The notes under the pieces: generated by a model
Databases searched by the model: none
The model's input: the letters and a program-made list of their open reading frames with translations, nothing else
Told to the model about the DNA's origin: nothing
In this document: piece by piece, positions 9,152-16,097 of the stretch
Position numbering within the stretch: position 1 is the stretch's first letter
Layout of the letters: every line of letters begins with the position of its first letter
Made by a program: the position numbers and the translations under genes
Assembly (NCBI GenBank): GCA_963977445.1
Contig: CAXBPH010000109.1
Span: 1-20,767, forward strand
DNA from: an uncultured bacterium
GTDB taxonomy: Bacteria; Hydrogenedentota; Hydrogenedentia; Hydrogenedentales; JAEUWI01
DNA: 20,767 nucleotides
Reading direction: 5' to 3'

Positions 9152-10177
9152 ATGCGCATGGATGGAACGCAAACGTACTTACGGCAGTTGGGTTTGACGG
9201 AGCAGCCCTTTGCTCCGACAGCAGACCCAGTCTATTTCTATGCCACACGAGGCCACAAAGAGTGCCTTTTTCGCCTCTGGAATGCGGTAGACGCAAGCCA
9301 TGGTATCGCGGTCGTTCTTGGCAACTACGGCACCGGAAAGACCACCCTCCTCCGCAAACTCATGACCGGCATGGCGGCCGACCCCGAGCGGTATTTGACG
9401 GCGGTCATTGGTTCGCCCATTCCTTCGTGGACCAGTTTTGCCCTCCTCGAAAGCATTGTGGCCCAGTTTGGGTTGCGTCCCCACGAACAATCTTTCGTGG
9501 CCTACATGGAAGCGCTCAATCAACATCTGCTCGACAATCGTGGTCGAATTTGCACCCTGATTATTGACGATGCACAGAATCTGAATAAGCGTGGACAGCT
9601 TGAATTGCTCCGCCTCGTTCAAAACCTCGAAACCCAGCAGCAGAAACTACTTAACCTGGTTTTCTTTGCCCAGTTGGAGTGGATTCAGGTATTGCAGGCG
9701 GCCCCCAATTTTGAACAGCGTATCAACCTGACCTGCACCTTAGAATCTATCCAATTTGACGAAGCCCAGCAATTTATTGAGTTCCGACTTCGTCAGGCGG
9801 GCGCCCAGCCGGGTACCGGGCCGGTCTTCGATGAAGGGGCCCTCCGTGCGATCCATGCTTATGCCGAAGGCAGCCCCCGGGTCATGGTTACCTTGTGCCG
9901 AAATTCGCTCTTAATGGCCGCTCAGCTAAAGACGCGGCAGATAACACACGATATAGTTGTACATACGATCGAAAAGACCACCCTTCCGGACCCCGAAAAA
10001 CGCGCGCGGGTTGCGGCGGCGGTGAGTAGCGCTGTCCGACCACCAGCACCCGTCGTGCCTGCGGTGGGCGGTGGTAATCGCGAACGTAATTTGCGGGAAC
10101 AACAGACTCGGGATCAGCGTGCAGCTGATTTACTGTTGCGGTCCGCTCGAATCCGACAGGGTCAGGAATTGGGCTGA
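9152..10177 (+). CDS. ExeA/GspA-family AAA ATPase (general secretion pathway protein A-like), without a TM or peptidoglycan-binding extension
   Basis: N-terminal YLRQLGLTEQPFAPTADPVYFY matches the ExeA Y..fGL...PF...PDP..fy pattern. Walker A GNYGTGKTT, Walker B LIIDDAQNL, ELLRLVQNLE, QRI, FIEFRLRQAG and GSPR are present. ATG at 9158 is an alternative start. Confidence 0.88.
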   Translation: MRMDGTQTYLRQLGLTEQPFAPTADPVYFYATRGHKECLFRLWNAVDASHGIAVVLGNYGTGKTTLLRKLMTGMAADPERYLTAVIGSPIPSWTSFALLESIVAQFGLRPHEQSFVAYMEALNQHLLDNRGRICTLIIDDAQNLNKRGQLELLRLVQNLETQQQKLLNLVFFAQLEWIQVLQAAPNFEQRINLTCTLESIQFDEAQQFIEFRLRQAGAQPGTGPVFDEGALRAIHAYAEGSPRVMVTLCRNSLLMAAQLKTRQITHDIVVHTIEKTTLPDPEKRARVAAAVSSAVRPPAPVVPAVGGGNRERNLREQQTRDQRAADLLLRSARIRQGQELG

Positions 10178-10179
10178 AC

Positions 10180-12240
10180 ATGTCACCAAATGCGGAAAAG
10201 GATCAAGACAGCCACCCGGAAGAGGGCGATCTCCACTTGGAGCAGCCGTTGGATTCCATCGAAGGCAACCTTATGGCCGAAATGCCCACGGACGATCGCT
10301 TTGAAAGCGGCGTACCCGAAGGGCAACGCGCCAATTCCCTGGATTTTATTCAGATGACGGGTCTTACCCGTGCACCGCTCCGCAATGCCTCTGCCGAATC
10401 GATTTCTGAGACCGAGGTTAACGACGATGATCTGAACCCGACGGCGCCGTTGAGTTTTTATGAAAAGGGTGTCACCGATGTGGATGATGGTGACGGCGGT
10501 GACCGCGACGGGCTTTCCGATATGGCCCTGGACGCGAGTCTGATTCCAGAGCGTGGTTCAGACACCCTTCGGAGTGTCCGTGCGTCGTCATCGATAGACG
10601 CGTTTCGCGATATTGTGGCGGGACTCGAAGCGGGCACAGAGAAATTCGAACCGCCGGTACCGTCCTACCCCGAGCCCGAACTTAATGACGTGGTGGAAGC
10701 GGTGCCGGAGAGTTTTGGGGAAGAGCGCTCCGCCTCGTCTGATTTACTGGCCATGTTGGATGCCCTGGACGCCGCCGCGAAACACGCTGATTCGACAGAC
10801 GGTCTTCCTGAAGCGCAGGCCTATGATATGCCCGAGCAGCTAGATGATGAGGACTTGCCTGCCCTTGCAGCACCCATAGATGAACCCGCTCCGGTGGATA
10901 GTGAGGCAATGGTAGATGATTGGGACACCCTCTTTGAATCGGTAACACCCGGTGAGTCGTCGGTAAGTCCTGTTGCCCCAGCGCCTGCTCGCGCGCCCAG
11001 TGCCAGTGGTGCCTTGGCGGAAGCGGAGCAGTTGATGCAATCCCTGGGCCGTGTCAGCAACGACAAGGGTCCCTCCGAAACACCCAAACCGACACCAGTG
11101 CCGGTTCCGAGTCTCTTGCCCACCTATTCCAACACCGTGGCGACGGTGGCCGAGCTCGACGGAGAGCTGGCCTACGACTACAGCGCGGCCCCGACACGTC
11201 GGCGCTCCAAGCGCCACTCCCGAGCCGTCCGTCGTGGTCGAAGGGCGCTCAAGATTATTGTAGCGCTGGTGGTGATTCTGGGCGGGCTTGGCACACTCAT
11301 GATGAAAATTGTTTTGCCTGCGTGGGAAAAGGCCGAAGGCCTGGAGTCCAAGGCAAGCCGATTCATGAATGAAGGCAAGTACGTGGAAGCATCCGACGCC
11401 TACAAGGCCCTCTCCAGGAAACTGGTCGGGGACCCCACCGGCCAGGCCGACGCTCAGTTTAAGGCGGCTTATGTCTTGACCTTGGGTGAGCCCCGCACCG
11501 GCAACGAACGGGACAAGCGGTATCGGTCTGCACTTGAGCAGTTCCAAGCCTTTGTTGATAGCAATCCCCAGCACCCGAAACGTACGCGCGCCCTGACAAT
11601 TATGGGACGCTTGTACTATGAGTTACACGATTACGACGAAGCCATCGACTTGCTCCGCGATCAGGTTGAGCCCCGCCAAGATCCGCAGGCTGCCCTGACG
11701 ATGTTGCGCTATCTGGCCCGGTCTTACAACATGAAGTCGGACTATGAAGCGGCGGAAAGTGCCTATCTGCGTGCCGTTGGTGTGGAAGGAAGTTATGGCG
11801 TTGACCAGGATTATTCCAGCCTGGGCGAAATGTTCAAAGCGCGCGCGGACCTTGCTGTAAACAGTGAGGCTGACAAAGAGCTGTTCATCGAAAAGGCAAA
11901 AAACTACTGGCAACTTGCGATGCAAGTTCCCGGTATAGACCCGGCGCGGAAAGTGGCCTTGCGGGAGAGTCTGAACTGGCTTGATAGCGCGGGCCAGGTT
12001 CCTGCCGACCCAGCGGCCACCGAAGGTATAACGGATTTGGCGGTAGAGACACTGCCGATGGAAACGCCTGACGTTGTTGCAGAGCCCACCCTGCCCGAGC
12101 CGGAGAACCTTCCCACGGAAGGCACGCAGGAAGAGAATCCGAATGCAGAATTGAACGCGGTGCTGGACGTATCGAATGCGTCCATGCTGAGCGGGGAAAC
12201 GGCCCAGGATTCTTCTGCGCCCCCGGTTGAAAACGAATAG
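10180..12240 (+). CDS. Bitopic membrane protein: long acidic low-complexity N-terminus, one TM helix, C-terminal TPR domain
   Basis: The first ~340 aa are Asp/Glu/Pro-rich. A basic patch RRRSKRHSRAVRRGRRALK (11197-11253) precedes the TM IIVALVVILGGLGTLMMKIVL. TPR-like helices follow (ALEQFQAFVDSNPQHPKRTRALTIMGRLYYELHDYDEAIDLL; LRYLARSYNMKSDYEAAESAYLRA). It starts 2 nt after the ATPase stop. Confidence 0.8.
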   Translation: MSPNAEKDQDSHPEEGDLHLEQPLDSIEGNLMAEMPTDDRFESGVPEGQRANSLDFIQMTGLTRAPLRNASAESISETEVNDDDLNPTAPLSFYEKGVTDVDDGDGGDRDGLSDMALDASLIPERGSDTLRSVRASSSIDAFRDIVAGLEAGTEKFEPPVPSYPEPELNDVVEAVPESFGEERSASSDLLAMLDALDAAAKHADSTDGLPEAQAYDMPEQLDDEDLPALAAPIDEPAPVDSEAMVDDWDTLFESVTPGESSVSPVAPAPARAPSASGALAEAEQLMQSLGRVSNDKGPSETPKPTPVPVPSLLPTYSNTVATVAELDGELAYDYSAAPTRRRSKRHSRAVRRGRRALKIIVALVVILGGLGTLMMKIVLPAWEKAEGLESKASRFMNEGKYVEASDAYKALSRKLVGDPTGQADAQFKAAYVLTLGEPRTGNERDKRYRSALEQFQAFVDSNPQHPKRTRALTIMGRLYYELHDYDEAIDLLRDQVEPRQDPQAALTMLRYLARSYNMKSDYEAAESAYLRAVGVEGSYGVDQDYSSLGEMFKARADLAVNSEADKELFIEKAKNYWQLAMQVPGIDPARKVALRESLNWLDSAGQVPADPAATEGITDLAVETLPMETPDVVAEPTLPEPENLPTEGTQEENPNAELNAVLDVSNASMLSGETAQDSSAPPVENE

Positions 12241-12306
12241 TCCAGCGAACAGAGCGAAAAGATTTGGCGTTGAGCCAACGTAAATAAACCAGGTGGAGTG
12301 GAAACT

Positions 12307-13788
12307 ATGCCATCCCAGATTAGAGTATTCATTCGTGCGTGCCTCGTGGCGACCTTCGCCATCTGCTCCGCATCGTTATATGCCGAAGAAGACATGTCGG
12401 GCGAGGCGCTGAAGCCGGGCGATTTGGTCTTTGTGAATGTGCACCGTCAGCCCGAGCTTTCCACCACGACCCAGCTGGATAGTCAGGGCAATGTGGAAAT
12501 GCCCTATATCGGCAATGTTTCCCTGAAGGGATTGAATCTGGGCGACGCCGGTGCGCGGGTATCGATGGGGCTGAAGAGCGTGCTCAAGAATCCCCGGGTT
12601 ACCGTCACTCGCAGCGTCGAGGGTATGGGGGCGCTTCCCGGCGGCTTCATGCGCACCCAATCGATGCAGACCCAGGTCGTGCCGCTGAACAATTCGGATG
12701 CAGGCACCTTGGAAAAAGCCTTGTCCGGTATGTCCACGGCTGGCGGTAGTGTCAGCTATGATCCGAATACGAACAGTCTGATCCTGACGGATGAGCCACC
12801 CGTCCTGCAGAATATGTTGTCAGTAATTCGCGAGCTGGACCAGATGGAATCCCAGATAACGCAGGTGCTCATCGAGGCCAAGATTGTAGAAGTGGAAACG
12901 GCCGCCGCCAAAGAATTGGGTGTGCGCTGGTTTGCCCAGGGCGACCACGTGGGTACGGGCTATACGCCGCCCCCGCGGCAGGATGCCTTGTTGAATTCTA
13001 TCCGTCAATCGGTGGGGCCGAGTTACAACGAGTCCCTTGATTCCGGCGCCCGCGGCGGCGGTATCAGTCGGCGTTTCGTTGACAATACCCGGTTTGATCG
13101 TCGATTGCAGGTCCCGGTCCAATTGGCCGCGCCCGGCCAGATGTTCCTGGGTTACATGAACAGTGGCATCGATCTGGGCGTTATGCTGGATGCCCTCGTG
13201 GCCGACGACAAGGCCGAATTGCTGGCCTCCCCCTATGTGGGGACTATCAATCACAAGGCGGCCACCATCCGTATGACCGAGGAATTTCCGTATTCCGAAG
13301 TTGGCTCGGCCGGATTATCTACGGTGGTAAATGTAAACTTTCTGGATATTGGTATCGTCCTCGAGGTCGTGCCGCATGTGCGCCGCGATCCCTCCGGAGA
13401 ACGGTATGTATTGGTAGAGCTCGCACCGGAAGTCTCCACGGCAGTTGGCGTGTCCAATGGTGTGCCCGTGCGGGCCGTGCGGAGCAGCAATAGTCAGCGA
13501 ATTGTACGCGATGGCCAATCCCTTGTTATCGGCGGCATTGTCATGGCCGACAACCATACGGTGATTCAGAAGCTTCCCGGACTCGGTAATCTTCCCATCT
13601 TTGGCAATCTCTTCAAGCATAAAGAACAGAGCCGCAGCAGTCGCGAATTGATGATCTTTGTTACGCCCACGATTCACGACCGGCCAGAAGATATTCGATG
13701 GGAACGTAGCCTCGAAATGGACGGATTTGGTCACAACGATGCCTTTCTTGCTGCGCTCGAATCCCGTGCAGAAGTACGGAAGGACTAG
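12307..13788 (+). CDS. Fusion of a polysaccharide biosynthesis/export (Wza D1, Poly_export) domain with a type II/IV secretin (Secretin_N + Secretin)
   Basis: Signal peptide (..SASLYA/EE). Poly_export signature LKPGDLVFVNV..PELS....LDSQGNVEMPYIGNVSLKGLNL...LKNPRVTV (~12409-12612). N3/NolW-like TQVVPLNNSDA..SVSYDPNTNSLILTD..IRELD (~12670-12843). Secretin core QVLIEAKIVEV...ELGVRW...LLASP...DIGIVLEVVPHV...VRDGQSLVIGG...KLPGLGNLPIFGNLFK...RELMIFVTPTI. ATG 12307 has GGAG 8 nt upstream and is preferred over GTG 12298. Confidence 0.88.
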   Translation: MPSQIRVFIRACLVATFAICSASLYAEEDMSGEALKPGDLVFVNVHRQPELSTTTQLDSQGNVEMPYIGNVSLKGLNLGDAGARVSMGLKSVLKNPRVTVTRSVEGMGALPGGFMRTQSMQTQVVPLNNSDAGTLEKALSGMSTAGGSVSYDPNTNSLILTDEPPVLQNMLSVIRELDQMESQITQVLIEAKIVEVETAAAKELGVRWFAQGDHVGTGYTPPPRQDALLNSIRQSVGPSYNESLDSGARGGGISRRFVDNTRFDRRLQVPVQLAAPGQMFLGYMNSGIDLGVMLDALVADDKAELLASPYVGTINHKAATIRMTEEFPYSEVGSAGLSTVVNVNFLDIGIVLEVVPHVRRDPSGERYVLVELAPEVSTAVGVSNGVPVRAVRSSNSQRIVRDGQSLVIGGIVMADNHTVIQKLPGLGNLPIFGNLFKHKEQSRSSRELMIFVTPTIHDRPEDIRWERSLEMDGFGHNDAFLAALESRAEVRKD

Positions 13789-13791
13789 CCT

Positions 13792-16047
13792 ATGTCCAGC
13801 ATTGATGCACCCGTTCTAGAAGAGACCACGCGGGAAAACCAGGACAACCAGTTTCGTTTTTTGTGGAATGTGGTGTCGGAGCGTTGGATCCTCCTGGTGA
13901 TCGGTACCCTGTTGGGGGCCATCTCTTTTGGGGGCATCACGTGGCTGAACCAGACGACCACGCCCACCCGTTACAACAGTCTCGGCACGTTGGTCATCTC
14001 CCAAGGTCGCACGGCATTCGTCCAATCTCTCAATACAACGGCGAGTGCGTCCCTGTATGAAATGACGGCCGAAAAGCTCGTCAATGGCACCCGGGCTACC
14101 TTGCTCGCAGAAGAAGTTGCCAAGGCACTTATACAAAAAGATATTGCCACCGGCGGTAAATACAGTAGTGTGGCCACCCCGGAAGAATTTCGCGCCCAGG
14201 TGAACCGTATCGAAAGCAGAATCAACATGGTGGCCCTGGATCCCCAGAATATAGAGATCCGAGTCCAGGGGTGTGAAACGGCACACGAAGCCACCGATAT
14301 TGCCGAATATGCGACACGGGCCTTCCTTAAGCTGAACCAGCAGGTTCATTTTGAATTGGCCAGCCAGAACCACAATGACGCCCTGGCGATGATCAAGCTA
14401 CTTCGCGATGACCTTACCGAGGCCGAAAAGGCCCGCTTGGCGTTCTTGTCTAAGCACGGCTTTCGGGCATACCAGGATATTGATGATCTGATGACCAGCA
14501 AGGAAAATACCTTGCGGGAAATCGAATCCACCAAAGAAATCACTCAGCAGAATCTCGCCAAGCTGGATGCGGAACTCGCTCAAGCTCGGGAGCAGTTCTC
14601 CGATTCACTGGATCAGCCCAGCGATACGATGATCAAGGGGCTGCTCACTGATCTGGACAAGCTTACACAAGAGCAGTTCACCCTGAGCGCCGTTTATCAG
14701 CCGGGCTGGCCGCGCCTTCTCGAGTTGGAAGAAGAGATTGCCGAAACGACGGGCCTTATTCGCAGGGCGGAAGGACAGCTTAGTTCCGGTGCTTTGGGTG
14801 GCAGTGATATCTGGACGCGGCGCAACGAAATTTACCGCCAGCAGAAAGAATATCACCAGCAGTTGGCGAGTCTCGAAGCGCGGGAAGAATCTATAAAAAA
14901 ACAACAGGAAGAATTGCTTCCACGGGTGCCCGAGCTGGCCAATATCAAGTTGGATGCGGAGCGGCTCAAACGGGAAGTGGACGCCATCGAAGACCGGTTG
15001 AATCAGGCTTCGAATCGCGAAATGGAGATTCGTGCTGCCATCGAGCGTGGACTAGGGTCCGTCGAGCGCAAAGATTCCATTGCGGCCGCTATCCCTATTT
15101 CATCCCAGAGTGGTAAAGAGAAATGGGTGAATTTTGCCATTGGCGCGATCATCGGATTTGTAGTTACCTTCGGGTTTGCTATGGTCACCGAATATAACGA
15201 TACCTCTATTCGCAGTATCGAAGACGTAAACGAGTACATTGGCCTCGAAGTGATCGGTACCATACCCCGGATGCGCTTTGGTCGACCACGGGGTGGTCGA
15301 CGACGAAGGGCGACTTACGTGAGCACGGTGGACGAGGAGCAGATTGACTCCTGTATCGTGACGCAGCATGATCCCAAGTCTCCTATTTCAGAAGCCTATC
15401 GTACCTTACGTACGAACTATCAATTCGCGACCATTAAGCAAAAGCCCAAAACGGTCATGGTGACCAGTGCGGTGCCCGGCGAAGGCAAGACGACGACGGC
15501 CGTGAATCTGGCCGTGACGATGGCTGATCGCGGAATGCGCGTGCTAATTGTCGATACCGACTTGCGGCGCCCTAATGTGCACCGCGTGTTGCGTATGGAA
15601 CGTGGTCCGGGCCTCGCAGACGTATTGCGGGAAGGTCTGGATCCCAAGAGTGTAATTCGGCCCACCCGCATTGAAAACCTCTGGATTATTTCCAGTGGGC
15701 GGGTTCCGCCGAATCCATCCGAATTAATCGGCTCAGACCACATGGCCGAGTTAATGGGCCAGTTGGGCGATGAGTTTGACCTGGTTATCTGCGATGCGCC
15801 TTCTGTACTCGTTGTGACGGACCCGGTTCTTCTTGCCACCCATGTGGATACCTGCATGATGGTGGTCTCCACCAACAACGCACGTCGCGAAACCGTCATC
15901 CGCGCGAAAAAACTGCTGACGACCGCTCAGGTCTCGGTGGCTGGTGTCGTGGTGAATGGTCTGGAAACTACCCGACGCCACTACTACTACTATTATTACT
16001 ACTACGATGACGGCTCTTCGGGACGCCGCAAGTGGTATCACTTCTAG
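13792..16047 (+). CDS. wzc: Polysaccharide co-polymerase / bacterial tyrosine autokinase (Wzc, PCP-2a)
   Basis: TM1 WILLVIGTLLGAISFGGITWL, a long coiled-coil periplasmic region and TM2 FAIGAIIGFVVTFGFAMV. Kinase motifs: PKSPISEAYRTLRTN, Walker A SAVPGEGKTT, A' IVDTDLRRP, PPNPSELI, Walker B VICDAPS, and a C-terminal Tyr cluster HYYYYYYYYDD. Confidence 0.93.
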   Translation: MSSIDAPVLEETTRENQDNQFRFLWNVVSERWILLVIGTLLGAISFGGITWLNQTTTPTRYNSLGTLVISQGRTAFVQSLNTTASASLYEMTAEKLVNGTRATLLAEEVAKALIQKDIATGGKYSSVATPEEFRAQVNRIESRINMVALDPQNIEIRVQGCETAHEATDIAEYATRAFLKLNQQVHFELASQNHNDALAMIKLLRDDLTEAEKARLAFLSKHGFRAYQDIDDLMTSKENTLREIESTKEITQQNLAKLDAELAQAREQFSDSLDQPSDTMIKGLLTDLDKLTQEQFTLSAVYQPGWPRLLELEEEIAETTGLIRRAEGQLSSGALGGSDIWTRRNEIYRQQKEYHQQLASLEAREESIKKQQEELLPRVPELANIKLDAERLKREVDAIEDRLNQASNREMEIRAAIERGLGSVERKDSIAAAIPISSQSGKEKWVNFAIGAIIGFVVTFGFAMVTEYNDTSIRSIEDVNEYIGLEVIGTIPRMRFGRPRGGRRRRATYVSTVDEEQIDSCIVTQHDPKSPISEAYRTLRTNYQFATIKQKPKTVMVTSAVPGEGKTTTAVNLAVTMADRGMRVLIVDTDLRRPNVHRVLRMERGPGLADVLREGLDPKSVIRPTRIENLWIISSGRVPPNPSELIGSDHMAELMGQLGDEFDLVICDAPSVLVVTDPVLLATHVDTCMMVVSTNNARRETVIRAKKLLTTAQVSVAGVVVNGLETTRRHYYYYYYYYDDGSSGRRKWYHF

Positions 16048-16097
16048 AATCCCGCCAGGAGTTCTCACGGTCCCGACGTAGCGGGTAAGGGAAGCAC

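Noticed and set aside
12346..12366. Possible lipobox (FAIC) in the fusion protein, as Wza is a lipoprotein
   Set aside because: Ile at -1 does not fit [LVI][ASTVI][GAS]C. An SPase I site at LYA/EE looks more plausible; SignalP would decide.
15981..16005. (TAC/TAT)n as a phase-variable simple sequence repeat
   Set aside because: It is an in-frame triplet run explained by the Wzc tyrosine cluster and cannot switch the frame.
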